DNA of 64,000 nucleotides from Candidatus Eiseniibacteriota bacterium (GCA_963762255.1 CAVXKA010000003.1:832001-896000); one strand, 5' to 3'; shown: positions 50,201-62,033, counted from the first letter of the stretch. The notes: a model not told the origin generated them from the sequence alone. Program-made: numbers and translations.

Positions 50201-50397
50201 CGGCAGGCACCGCGACAAGTGGGATGTGTGCACCGACTGCCACACGAACGCGACCAACTACTCGGTCTTCTCCTGTCTGGGCTGCCACCCGCACTCCGAC
50301 AAGTGGGAAGACCGACTCGGATCACCGGGGCGAGTCGGGCTACAGGTACGACAGCGCGGCCTGCTACAACTGTCATCCTCGGGGTCAGGGGGGCTGA
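44292..50397 (+). CDS. Giant multiheme cytochrome c (~82 CxxCH, ~2000 aa), multiple frameshifts
   Basis: GTG overlaps upstream TGA; 36 CxxCH in ORF 44609..47314; repeats continue across frames to FDHDSQNFPIYSGRH...CTDCH..CLGCH..CYNCHPRGQGG*. Confidence 0.85.
44930..50166 (+). repeat. 24 tandem ~219-nt (73-aa) coding repeats, each a tri-heme module
   Basis: FDH/FNH starts at approx. 44930, 45149, 45368, 45587, 45806, 46025, 46244, 46463, 46682, 46901, 47120, 47340 ... 49947; consensus FDHxQTxFxLTGSHxxxECxSCHGGGVYxGLSxxCASCHQxDYxxTTDPNHxxAGFxxxCxTCHxTxxWxGA. Confidence 0.92.
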
Positions 50398-52014
50398 TGT
50401 TCGAGTTCATCCGCGGCGCGATCCTCCTCCTGGCCGCGCTGCTCGGCCTCTCCACCGTCGCGGGGGGCAGGAGGCACCGATCTCTCCCGCCGGCGCCGAC
50501 TTCCGTGGCCCATGTCACTTACATCACCGGGGGGCTCGTCTACCTGGACGCCGGCCGCGAGGACGGACTCGAAGTGGGCCGGGAACTGAGCGTGGAGCGC
50601 GAGGGTGCGGTCATCGCGACGATTCGGGTCGAGCACGTCGCCTCCCATCGCGCGTCGTGCTCGATCGTCGGTACCGGCGAGGCGCCTCGCGAGGGCGACG
50701 TGGTCCGTTACGCCCCGCGACCGGGAACGGAGTCGGGCGATTCGACCGCCTCGTCGGCCCCGATCCAGGTCGGGACGGGTCGTGACGGCCGGACTCTTCG
50801 CCAGCTCGGCCTGCGGGGACGGGTCGGCATCCGGTATCTCACCGCGCTAGATCAGACCGATTTCGGGGCCGACTTCACGCAGCCGTCGCTCGATCTTCTC
50901 CTCACGGGAACCGCGGTCGCCGGCAGCCCCTTCAGCTTCGCGCTCGACACCCGCGCGCGCCGCACCTACCGCACGCACGCGGACGGATCGCACACGGATG
51001 ACGGACGGACGCGGGTCTACCGGCTGAACGCGTCGCACCAGGCGACCGGATCCCCGCTGCGGATCTCGCTGGGACGCCAGGTGTCACCGGATCTCGCCTC
51101 GGTGAGCCTCTTCGACGGCGCGCTCGCCGAGTACGGACGCGCGACCACGGCCTGGGGGCTCTTCGGCGGGGCCACCAGCCCGATCCGGAGTCGTACGGCG
51201 TTAGCTCGCACGTCCTGGAGTACGGGACCTACGCCCGCGTGCAGAGCCCGCAGGGGCACTCGCTCAGGTGGTCGGCCACCGGGGGCGGGATTCGCTCGCT
51301 CGTGGACGGTGTACGCGATCGCGATTACGTCTTCTTGCGCGGGCAGCTCATGGACTCGCGCGTGTACGGATACGTGAGCCAGGAGATCGACGTCGACGAG
51401 TGGCGCGCCTCGGAGGGCGACCGGCGGCTCTTCTCGCCCACCAGCACGTACGCCGGCTTTCGGTGGCAGGCGGTGGAGTGGCTGAGCCTCAATGCCGGTT
51501 TCGACAACCGGAGGAGCGTGCGCCTCTATCAGGACCCGAGACCCCGGAGCACCGAATTCGACTACAGCTTCCGGCGAGGTCTGCGCGGAGGAGCGACGCT
51601 GCGACTCCAGGCAATCGCTTCACGCTGGGGACCAGCGCGCAGACCAACCGGGGCGGTTCGGGCGGCTCCTCCGACTCGTACACGATCACCTCACGGGCCG
51701 CCCGCGTGTCCCCTCTCTCGATCGACCTGGCCAGCCGGCACACGCGCTTCACGGGTCCGCTCACCGAGGGCTGGCTGCATTCCGCGAGCGCTGCCGCGCC
51801 GATCGGTCCTCGTCGCCGCGTGGAATTCGAAGGCGGCCGGCGTCAGGAAACCCGTTCGTTCGGTCCGGCCACATCCGTCGCCACGACGTGGTACGGGGTG
51901 AACGCCGACGTGGGATTGTGGTCGGGCTGGTACTTCCTGCTCTCGGTGACGTCCACGCGCGGCGACACCGAGAAGAACGATCAGATCTACTCGAGCCTCT
52001 CCTACCGCTTCTGA
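50397..52014 (+). CDS. Outer-membrane beta-barrel (porin-like) protein, frameshifted
   Basis: MFEFIRGAILLLAALLG signal, N-terminal VYLDAGREDGL domain, alternating beta-strand segments, ISLGRQ, C-terminal YSSLSYRF BAM-type signature; pieces in ORFs 48969, 51239, 51268. Confidence 0.75.
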
Positions 52015-52126
52015 CCGCGCGATCCTCGCCGTCCCGATCCCGCTTCTGCTACCCTGTCGAAACGTGCGCGGGTCGAGGCGGCCGTGCTCGCGCAGACCGC
52101 AGGCGTTCGCCGCAGGGGAGGATGCG

Positions 52127-52319
52127 TTGCCGAAGAAGAAGCAAGCGGCCGGTCCGAGATCGACTCCACCGACCCGGGACAAGACGAAACGACCCTCGCG
52201 CGGGGCCGGCACCGGCGCCCTCTGCGCCGAAGCGCAGGCCGACGGCGTCCCCTGTTTCGAGCTGGGCCGGGAATGCGCAACCTGCGAACGGGCGAGAGCG
52301 AGGCCGCGAGAGATCCTGA
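52127..52319 (+). CDS. Candidate small Cys4 protein (C-x9-C-x6-C-x2-C)
   Basis: GGGGAGG SD, TTG start, LPKKKQ...CAEAQADGVPCFELGRECATCER; a stop at 52317 requires an indel. Confidence 0.4.
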
Positions 52320-52334
52320 GCCGCGCGACCGCGA

Positions 52335-53551
<1,217 letters not shown>

Positions 53552-53555
<4 letters not shown>

Positions 53556-54286
53556 GTGGGCATCCCCGCGGCGGCCGTGTCGGTCCGCGACACGACCGGC
53601 CGGTCGTCGACCACGAGACCGTCGCTCAGCACGATGATCCGCTTCGCAAACTGCGCGATGTCCTGCTCGTGGGTGATGAGGAGGATCGTCATCCCCGCGC
53701 GGTTCAGTTCCTGCAAGACGCGCATCACCTCGAACGAGGTCGTGGTGTCGAGGTTCCCGGTCGGCTCGTCGGCCAGCAGCAACGGCGGCTCGTTGACCAG
53801 CGCGCGGGCGATGGCCACGCGCTGCTGCTGCCCGCCGGAGAGCTGGTTGGGAGCGTGGTGCGAGCGATCGGCGAGGCCCACCCGATCGAGCGCCTGATGG
53901 GCACGTTGCGCGATGGACCTTCCGCGGACGGACGAGTAGATCATCGGCAGCTCGACGTTCTCCAGCGCGCTGGTGCGGGCCAGCAGGTTGAAGCTCTGAA
54001 AGACGAACCCGATCTTCCGATTCCGGATCTCGGCCAGTTCGTCCCGCGAGAGGTGCGAGACGTCCTCGCCGTCCAGTTCGTAGATCCCTGACGTCGGACG
54101 GTCGAGGCAGCCGAGGATGTTCATGAGGGTGGACTTCCCGCTCCCCGACGACCCCATGACCGCGACCATCTCGCCCGGATCGACGTCGATCGACACGCCC
54201 CGCAGCGCCTGCACCTGGTTGTCGCCCTCGCCGTAGGTCTTGACCAGATCGCGGGCCCGCAGAACCCGTCGGTCAGCGCCGTGCAC
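53552..54286 (-). CDS. MacB/LolD-type ABC ATP-binding protein
   Basis: GSSGSGKST, IGFVFQSFNL, LSGGQQQRVAIARAL, LLADEPTGNLD. Confidence 0.95.
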
Positions 54287-55472
54287 GGGTCATGCCTCCG
54301 GGGGCGAACGGATTGACCTGACCCTGGGCCGCGCCCGCAGCCGACCCGTTGGTCGCGGCGATCACGACCTGCATTCCCTCTCGGAGCGAATCGGCGGCGA
54401 CGGCGGTGAAGGTCCCGTCGCTCAAACCGGGGGTCACGCGAACCCGGTGGAGCTTCCCGTTCTCGGCGAGGACGAAGACCGCGGGACCACCTCGCGCGCC
54501 GGCCGGCCGCTGTCCGTCCGCCGCGGCGCCCGGCGCTCGCACGGCCCCCGGCTTCGCCGCCGGCCGGAAGCGCAGCGCCGCCGACGGCACCCTCAGCACG
54601 CCGCGTGCCTCGTTCACGAGGAAGGTGGCGTTGGCGGTCATGCCGGGGAGCAGCAACTGATCGGGGTTCTCGACGAGGACGATCACCGTGTAGGACACCA
54701 CGTTCTGCACGGTCTGCGGGGCGAGGCGGATCTGGTGCACGACGCCGCTGAAGGTTCGCTCGGGGAACGCGTCGACGGTGAAGCTGACCTTCTGGTCGAC
54801 CTGGATCATGCCGATGTCGGCCTCGTCCACCGACGCCTCGAGCTGCATGCGGGTGAGGTCGTTGGCGATGGTGAAGAGGGTCGGCGCGGACAGCGAGGCG
54901 GCCACCGTCTGACCGACGTCGACGTTGCGCGAGATGACGATGCCGTCGATGGGAGAGGCGATGGTGGCGTAGTGCAGGTTCGTGCGCGCGCGATCGAGCG
55001 CGGCTTCCGCGGACTTCTGCGAGGCCTGGGCCGCCTCGAGCGCGGTTTGGGCCGCGTCGATTTCGGCCTGCGAAGCCAGACCCTGATCGCGCATGGGAGC
55101 TACCCGCGCGTAGTCCCGCTCCGCCTGGCGCACCGTCACCTTGGCTCGCTCCAGGTCGGCCTCGTTCTGCGACTCCTGCGCCTTCAGAAACGTCGGATCG
55201 AGCTGGGCGAGGACCTGGTTCTTGTGGACCCGGTCGTTGAAGTCGGCGTAGAGCGCGGCAGATGGTGCCGCTGACCTGGCTTCCGACCTGCACGGTGGTC
55301 ACCGCGTTCAGGGTTCCGGTGGCCGACACCTGAACGATCACGTCGCCACGCTGCACCGCCTCGGTGCGGTAGGGAGATTCCGGCTTCTGCTCCCGCCGCA
55401 GCGTCCACGCCACGACTGCGGCCCCCAGGACCACCACGACCGCCGCCAGGATGCCCCAGTCCTCTTGCGCAT
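54273..55472 (-). CDS. MacA-like periplasmic adaptor subunit (frameshifted)
   Basis: VSATGTLNAVTTVQVGSQVSG; IASPIDGIVISRNVDVGQTVAASLSAPTLF; LLPGMTA. Confidence 0.9.
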
Positions 55473-55580
55473 CACGACCCCCTCGTCCGAAGACGAAGGT
55501 TACGATTGTAGCTCAGATCCGGCGCCGCCGACAGCGGCGGAACGAACCAGGCTCGGCCTGCGAGGAACGCGGCCCGAAGG

Positions 55581-56559
55581 TCAGCGCGCGGTCTCGATGA
55601 GTTCGGTCAGCGCGCGCCGCAGCTCCTCGTGGACGGCCTTCACCGCGGCCGGAGGCCACGTCTTGGCGTCCTCGCGAATGAACGTCGTCAGATCCCTGCG
55701 ATTGTCGAAGCGCGCGACCGGCATGTGGAATACGCCGCCGCGCGTCTCGACCCGCACCGTGCTCGGGCGATCGCTCTGCTCGATGAGCCACCCCATGTCG
55801 TCGGTGCCGTAGTCCCCCAGCATCACCGCGATCGGCACGCCGTGATGGAGGATCGACGCGTCCCCTTCGAGTCCCGGCTTCGCGCGCTCGTCGTTCTTGC
55901 GGCGCGATTCCTCCGGAGTCACCCAGATGTAGAGCACCGCCGCCCGCCGCAGGATCTCGTCCGAAAGGCAGGCGAAGCTGTAGGCATAGCCGAACGGCGG
56001 CGAAAGCGGCATCGAGGCGCCCTGCGGACCGCCGCGGGCGAACTCGATCACGATGGTCTTGCCTTCGAGGCTCTCGGGGATTCCCGCCAGCTTCTCGTCG
56101 AGCAGCTCGCGCGCCTCTGCCTTCCAGCTTCTCCGCCAGCTTCCGGCGAGCCGCTTCGGGAAGCCCGCCCAGCGCGGGAGGCGCCCCCACCTTGGCCCGC
56201 GCGGCGTCGAAACGATCGAAGAGCCAGACCGCAGCGGAGGCAGGCGTGAGCGTGGGGCGCGCGTGGAGATCCCGGTAGTCCTCGTTGATCAGCTCCATCA
56301 GCGTGCCCCAATCGCGGGGCTCCTTGAACGGTTGGTCGTTGGAGGGGAAGAACGCGGGCGAGAGTCCCGCCGCGACCATCTCCTGCGAGATCCGCCGCAT
56401 CATGTGGACGTAGGGATAGTCGTCGAGTTGGACCGTCGGTCCCATGTGGAAATCCTCCACCACCGCGCGAGCATCCTGGAGCGCGAGATAGCGACGAACT
56501 TCCGATTTTCCCGAAGCGGGCAACGCGGTCAGTAGAACGGTGTCAAGGAGACGGCTCAT
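55581..56559 (-). CDS. Uncharacterised P-loop protein (frameshift ~56110)
   Basis: TVLLTALPASGKSE Walker-A-like, QLDDYPYVH, IEFARGG; joins ORFs 55513 and 55581. Confidence 0.7.
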
Positions 56560-56646
56560 GGCGAAACCCCCGAGTCGATGTGGTCCGAAGCGGTCCTTCC
56601 GGTCGTCCCTGTCATCCTAGGAGATGCGGCCTGTTCTTGCCAGGGG

Positions 56647-58119
56647 CTACAGGGCGCCGGCCACCGTCCGGAAGTGGTGCCCGTAGATGGCGATGGTGAC
56701 CGCGGTGCTGAGCGCGCGCGGACGGCGCGCGAGCGTGTAGGCGAGGAATCCCCAGTATTGACGGCGCCCGCGGTGGCGGATGCCGAGCTTCCAGAACGCC
56801 TTCATCAGCGCCTCGAACTGCCGGGGCCCGATGTGCGGATGCGGACCGCGAATCCGGTAGTTGGCCAGGAACGCGCGGGCCCGCGCGTAGTACGCGTTGG
56901 GTTCGTAGAGCGAACGCACAAGTTCCCGATACCCCGATTGCAGCTCCTCCAGTCCCAGCTTGGGCATGAAGTTGCACGCCACTTCCGTGTTGTTGCCTGT
57001 GCTCTCGTTCAGAATGCGCCCTTCAGCGGCCAGTCGCTGATGAAGGCGGGTCCGGGGAAGTGCGGTCAGGAGTCCCACCATGGCGGTCACGATGCCCGAC
57101 TTCTGGATGAACTCGAATTGCCGCTGGAAGACATCCTGCTTGTCGTGATCGAAGCCCACGATGAACCCGCCCATGACCTCGATACCCGCTCGCTGTATCG
57201 TCTGCACCGACTCAACGAGGTCTCCGTGCGTGTTCTGCTGCTTGCCGCATTCCCGCAGGCTCTCCAGCACCGGGGTTTCGATCCCGAGGAAGACGTGTCG
57301 GAACCCGGCCTCCACCATCAGACGGAGCAGCTCGGGGTCGCCGGCCAAGTTGACCGAAGCCTCGGTGGTGAAGTCCACCCGCGCGTGCGTGCTGCGGCGC
57401 CACGCAATCATGGCGCGCAGGAGTTCCTTCACGCGCGTCTTGTTCCCGATGAAATTGTCGTCCACCAGGAAGACGTTCCCCTTCCAACCCAGTTTCCGCA
57501 AGGTCTCCAGCTCCCCGATGACCTGATCCGGGGCCTTGGTCCGCGGCACGCGTCCGTTCATGACGATGATGTCGCAGAACTCGCAGTTGAACGGACAGCC
57601 GCGGGAGAACTGCACCGACATGCTGGCGTAGGCGCCGAGGTCGATGAGATCCCAGCGGGGCACCGGCGTGCGGGAGAGCTCGGGAAAGCCTTCGGCCTGA
57701 TAGATGCGTTCCAGACGACCGGCGGTCATGTCCTCCACGACCCGCGCCATGATCTCTTCGGCCTCGCCGAGCACGAAGTGGTCGACGTCGGGGAACGCCT
57801 CGTGTCCGGTCGTGAAGATCGGCCCCCCGGCGATGATCGGCCGGCCGATCCGGCGACACCGTCCGATGATCTGGTTCACCGACTCGCGGTGGCAGATCAT
57901 GGCGCTCACCATCACATAGTCCGCCCAGCGAATCTGATCGTCCTTGAGCGGCGTCACGTCCAGATCCACGACCTTCAGATTCCACGAGCGGGGCAGCATG
58001 GCGGCGACGGTCAAGAGGCCCAGCGGCGGAGAAGCCGTCTTCTTGGAGATGAAATCCAGGGCCTTGCGGAAGCTCCAAAACGTGTCCGGGGTGCGCGGAG
58101 AAACCAAGAGGATATTCAT
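56647..58119 (-). CDS. B12-binding radical SAM protein (DUF4070 type)
   Basis: PPLGLLTVAA, QFSRGCPFNCEFCDI, FLVDDNFIG, GFIVGFDHD. Confidence 0.93.
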   Translation of the reverse strand: MNILLVSPRTPDTFWSFRKALDFISKKTASPPLGLLTVAAMLPRSWNLKVVDLDVTPLKDDQIRWADYVMVSAMICHRESVNQIIGRCRRIGRPIIAGGPIFTTGHEAFPDVDHFVLGEAEEIMARVVEDMTAGRLERIYQAEGFPELSRTPVPRWDLIDLGAYASMSVQFSRGCPFNCEFCDIIVMNGRVPRTKAPDQVIGELETLRKLGWKGNVFLVDDNFIGNKTRVKELLRAMIAWRRSTHARVDFTTEASVNLAGDPELLRLMVEAGFRHVFLGIETPVLESLRECGKQQNTHGDLVESVQTIQRAGIEVMGGFIVGFDHDKQDVFQRQFEFIQKSGIVTAMVGLLTALPRTRLHQRLAAEGRILNESTGNNTEVACNFMPKLGLEELQSGYRELVRSLYEPNAYYARARAFLANYRIRGPHPHIGPRQFEALMKAFWKLGIRHRGRRQYWGFLAYTLARRPRALSTAVTIAIYGHHFRTVAGAL

Positions 58120-58302
58120 GGCTGAGTTCATTCCAATCCCGGGCACGTAGAGAAGGCCCGGACCAATTACATCATCCCAAGCCCGATAGGGTGCCCATTC
58201 TACGCCCGGCCGCCCCATTCCGCTAGAATCTCCTGCATCCTCCCGGCCCTCGGAAGCGTCTCCTCCCCGAAGGCCGGAACGGCCGACACCTCCGGAGGGT
58301 GC

Positions 58303-58977
58303 ATGAAGGACCTGGACGCGGAACGGCGCTGGCAGCTGCTTGTTAGCCTGCTGGAGCCGATTCACGAGAGAGCTTCGGGCGCGGCGCGCAACCTGTGCCG
58401 GTCCCCCGGCGACGGGGACGACCTCTATCAGGAAGCCGTGCTGCGCGCCTACCACAAGCTCCACACCCTTCGCGAGGAGTCTCGTTTCCGGTCCTGGTTC
58501 TTCGCCGTTCTCCTTTCCGTCCATCGGTCCCGATCGCGCCGCGCGTTCTGGAAGCGGTTCCTGCCGCTCGAGGACACGCCCGACGACGAGCGGAACCTGG
58601 TCGGCGAGGACGGTCGGACGAACGAGGAGGAGTTTCTTTCGGCTCGTCGGGCCGCGCGCGCGCTGTCGCGGCTTCCCGCCGAGCAACGGGAGGCGCTGGT
58701 GCTGCACGATCTGGAGGGATTCTCGATGGAGGAGATCGCCGCCATGCAAGGCGCGTCGATCGCCGCGGTCAAGTCCCGCGTCCTTCGGGGGCGGGAACGG
58801 CTGCGCCGCCACTATCGATCCCTCGGGTTCGTGCGAACCGAACCTCTCTCGCGGGCGATCTCGGAGGCCACGCATCGCCGGTTGCAGCGAACCGGGGTGC
58901 GCCCCGCCGAGGCCCTCGCGTCCGTCTGCTCCTCTCTCGCGGACACCAATCCCCGTACAGGAGGGCGTCATGAGTGA
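58303..58977 (+). CDS. ECF RNA polymerase sigma factor
   Basis: DDLYQEA, FRSWF, LPAEQREALVL, EEIAA, AVKSRVLRGRERLR. Confidence 0.92.
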   Translation: MKDLDAERRWQLLVSLLEPIHERASGAARNLCRSPGDGDDLYQEAVLRAYHKLHTLREESRFRSWFFAVLLSVHRSRSRRAFWKRFLPLEDTPDDERNLVGEDGRTNEEEFLSARRAARALSRLPAEQREALVLHDLEGFSMEEIAAMQGASIAAVKSRVLRGRERLRRHYRSLGFVRTEPLSRAISEATHRRLQRTGVRPAEALASVCSSLADTNPRTGGRHE

Positions 58978-60115
58978 TGTCCCCGGACGTAGCGAAGGGG
59001 CCCACGCCGAACCGGAACGATCGCTCGACGATCGGATCGGACGGGATCTCCGGGCTTTGACAGCCAGGTCCCGGCGGAACATGAGACCCCTCACGGAAAC
59101 CGTTGACGGGCTTTCGGGGGCACACCCGAAGAGGCCCTGGGAGGAGAGACTGATGGCATCGTTCAAGTTGCTCGGAGCGCGGCCGCGTCTGGCCGTGGTG
59201 GGTGCGGTGGCGGCCCTGGCCGTCGCCCTGCTCGTGATTCCCGTCTCGTACCAGCGCGTGGTCGGTCACGACGTGGCGCTCACGCTCGCCGGCGCCGGCC
59301 TCACCCAGGACGCGGTTCGCGACATCGCCACCCAGTTCAAGACCGCGATGGGGAGCGAGTCGGTTCGCGTCGAGGCGCAAGGCGATGACGCCGGCGTCGT
59401 TTACACGTTGACGTCGCGGATCCCGAACCTCGCGGGGCGCTCCGCAAAGACCGTGTCGGACGCGTTCGCCCACACGCTCGTCGCCAAGGGCTACGACGCC
59501 GAGGCGGCCGTCACCCCGGTCAGGGAGAAGGTCTCCTCCAACGTCTACGCGATGGTCGCCGACAACGTCGTCCGGGTCAGCGTGGATGGGAAGAACGCAG
59601 CCGAGGTCGAAGCGGAGATCGCCGCACAGCTCGCCGCGGCGGGCGTGCCCGACGCGCAAGTCTCGGTCACCATGGACGACGACGGCAGCAAGATCGAGAT
59701 CCAGGTGCAGGCCGAGCACGAGGGAGCGGTGGACGAAATGGTCGGATCGCCCCCTGAGATCGTCCTCACCGCGGGCGGCGAGGATCTGGGCGGCGAGGTT
59801 TCGGACGTACAGGTGAAGGTCCGCAAGATAATGAGCGATGCGGGCAGCAGCCTCATCATCGACGTCGACCGGTCGGGAAACACCGCCACCGTGACCGTGA
59901 ACAACCCGGAGACCCTGAGCGACGCCGAGCTGAGCGCCGAGGTTCAGCGCCAGCTCGTCGCGCTTGGCATCACCGACCTCTCGGTGAGCGCCTCCGAAGG
60001 CAGGATCCAGCTCATGGACGCGAGCGCTCTCCTCCAGAAGTCCGCCCCCGGCGCAACCCCCGGCGGCACGGAGGAGTCGACCTTCGGCAAGGTGAAGAGC
60101 AAGTACAACCCGTAG
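58970..60115 (+). CDS. Putative single-pass anti-sigma factor with C-terminal TEESTFGKVKSKY tail
   Basis: Overlaps sigma stop; short cytoplasmic N-terminus, one TM (LAVVGAVAALAVALLVIP), acidic periplasmic domain. Confidence 0.72.
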   Translation: MSDVPGRSEGAHAEPERSLDDRIGRDLRALTARSRRNMRPLTETVDGLSGAHPKRPWEERLMASFKLLGARPRLAVVGAVAALAVALLVIPVSYQRVVGHDVALTLAGAGLTQDAVRDIATQFKTAMGSESVRVEAQGDDAGVVYTLTSRIPNLAGRSAKTVSDAFAHTLVAKGYDAEAAVTPVREKVSSNVYAMVADNVVRVSVDGKNAAEVEAEIAAQLAAAGVPDAQVSVTMDDDGSKIEIQVQAEHEGAVDEMVGSPPEIVLTAGGEDLGGEVSDVQVKVRKIMSDAGSSLIIDVDRSGNTATVTVNNPETLSDAELSAEVQRQLVALGITDLSVSASEGRIQLMDASALLQKSAPGATPGGTEESTFGKVKSKYNP

Positions 60116-60141
60116 GCTTCGCGAAGCTCCCTGGAATCGCA

Positions 60142-60174
60142 ACAGGCCCCTGCCCGGTTCGGGCGGGGGCCTGT
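60142..60174. terminator. Hairpin between convergent genes (likely bidirectional terminator)
   Basis: ACAGGCCCCTGCCCG-GTT-CGGGCGGGGGCCTGT near-perfect inverted repeat. Confidence 0.65.
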
Positions 60175-60175
60175 G

Positions 60176-61090
60176 TCATGCGAACAGGCCCTCGACCGAG
60201 AGGTACCGCTCCCCGGTGTCATAGCAGAACGTCAGCACGCGGCTGCCGGGCGACATCTCCGGAATCTTCAGGGCCACCGCGGCCAGTGAGGCTCCCGAGG
60301 AGGGACCGATGAAGAGCCCTTCCTCGCGCGCCGCCCGCGTTGCGTAGGCGAATGCGTCTTCCTCGGTCACCGTCACCACGCCGTCCAGCACCTCGCGGTT
60401 GAGCACCGCGGGGACGAAGCCCGCCCCGATCCCCTGCAGCCGGTGCGGCCCCGGCGCTCCACCGGAGAGCACCGGCGACTTCACCGGTTCCACCGCATAG
60501 ACCTTGAGACGCGGCATGCTCGCCTTCAGCACCTCGGCGACGCCGGTGATGTGCCCGCCGGTCCCGACGCCTGTGATCACGTAGTCGAGTCCTTCGGGGA
60601 AGTCGCGCGCGATCTCCCGGGCGGTGGCCTGCCGATGGATCTCGGGATTGGCAGGGTTCTCGAATTGCTGCGGCATCCAGGCGCCCGGCGTCTCCGCGAG
60701 CAGTTCCTTCGCCCGCGCGATGGCGCCGGGCATTCCCTTCTCCTTGGGCGTGAGCACGAGCGACGCGCCGTAGGCGGTCATGATCCGGCGCCGCTCCACC
60801 GACATGGACTCCGGCATGACCAGCACCAGCGGGTAGCCCTTGACCGCCGCCACGAGAGCGAGGCCGACGCCTGTGTTACCGGACGTGGGTTCGATGATCG
60901 TCGTCCCCGGCTTGAGGGCGCCGCTTCGCTCGGCGGCCACGACCATGGCCAGCGCGATGCGGTCCTTGATGCTCCCACCGGGGTTGGCCCGCTCGAGCTT
61001 GATCCAGACTTCGACGCGGGCACCGAAGAGGCGCTGGATGCGGACGTGAGGGGTATCGCCAATGGTGTCGAGAATAGAGTTCACGCGCAT
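60176..61090 (-). CDS. cysK: Cysteine synthase A
   Basis: [48 protein letters not shown]. Confidence 0.95.
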   Translation of the reverse strand: MRVNSILDTIGDTPHVRIQRLFGARVEVWIKLERANPGGSIKDRIALAMVVAAERSGALKPGTTIIEPTSGNTGVGLALVAAVKGYPLVLVMPESMSVERRRIMTAYGASLVLTPKEKGMPGAIARAKELLAETPGAWMPQQFENPANPEIHRQATAREIARDFPEGLDYVITGVGTGGHITGVAEVLKASMPRLKVYAVEPVKSPVLSGGAPGPHRLQGIGAGFVPAVLNREVLDGVVTVTEEDAFAYATRAAREEGLFIGPSSGASLAAVALKIPEMSPGSRVLTFCYDTGERYLSVEGLFA

Positions 61091-61126
61091 GATTGTTCTC
61101 CTTGATGAAACCCGCGGGCGCGGGGT

Positions 61127-61969
61127 CTAGCTGCTTGGCCGCTCGGATCCACCTCCCTCGCCGGGGCGTTTCTCGGCGCTCACGACCTCGGTCACGAGAG
61201 TGCCCGGAGGCACGCTGTGGGTGAGCCAGACGTTGCCGCCGATCACGCTTCCCGCGCCCACCACGGTCTCGCCGCCCAGAATGGTGGCGTTGGCGTAGAT
61301 GATGACGTCGTCCTCGATCGTGGGATGGCGCTGGGCTTCGGTGTCGTGCTTGCGGACGCTCAGCGCACCGAGGGTCACCCCTTGATAGAGGCGCACGCGA
61401 TCTCCGATCCGGGTGGTCTCGCCGATGACGATACCGGTGCCGTGGTCGATCGCCATCGAGTGGCCGATGCGGGCGCCGGGATGAATGTCGATGCCGGTCT
61501 CCCGGTGCGCCACTTCGGTGACGAGCCGCGGAAGAAGCTCGACGCCGATCCCCTGCAGCTCATGCGCCACCCGGTAGCAGGCGAGCGCGAAGAACCCGGG
61601 ATAGGCCAGAATCACCTCGTCCACGCTCCGCGCGGCCGGGTCGGCATCGTACGTGGCCTGCGCGTCCTCGAGAAGCGAGTCGTAGATCGCGGGGAGACGG
61701 CCGCTGAACTCGCCGGTCATGCGCTCGGCATGATTCGCGCCGGCTGGATGCGCGGCGAGGAACCGGCCGATCCACTCCAGCGCCCGACGATAGTCATAGA
61801 CCGTCTGCTCGGGGGCGCATCGTCCCCCCGGCGCGTAGTGCGGAAAGAGCAGGGCCAGCACGTCGTAGACGAATTCGTGGGCCAGCGACTGGGCGCGCCG
61901 GGGGAGGCGGTACTCGCCGCGGGCGGCCTGCAGGCGCTTGAGGAGGTCGGACGCTCTTGGGTCGGTCAT
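61127..61969 (-). CDS. cysE: Serine O-acetyltransferase
   Basis: DPAARS, YPG, TGIDIHPGA, IDHGTGIVIGET, YQGVTLG, RHPTIED. Confidence 0.93.
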   Translation of the reverse strand: MTDPRASDLLKRLQAARGEYRLPRRAQSLAHEFVYDVLALLFPHYAPGGRCAPEQTVYDYRRALEWIGRFLAAHPAGANHAERMTGEFSGRLPAIYDSLLEDAQATYDADPAARSVDEVILAYPGFFALACYRVAHELQGIGVELLPRLVTEVAHRETGIDIHPGARIGHSMAIDHGTGIVIGETTRIGDRVRLYQGVTLGALSVRKHDTEAQRHPTIEDDVIIYANATILGGETVVGAGSVIGGNVWLTHSVPPGTLVTEVVSAEKRPGEGGGSERPSS

Positions 61970-62033
61970 CGTGCAACTCGAGGTTGGGGTCCATGGTCCG
62001 GACGGGATGGAATCGTCTAGCATAGCAGCCGCC

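Noticed and set aside
48969-51377. Apparent cytochrome-porin fusion ORF
   Set aside because: An indel near 50310 causes the read-through; the cytochrome stops at 50395-50397 and the barrel gene starts at the overlapping ATG with its own signal peptide
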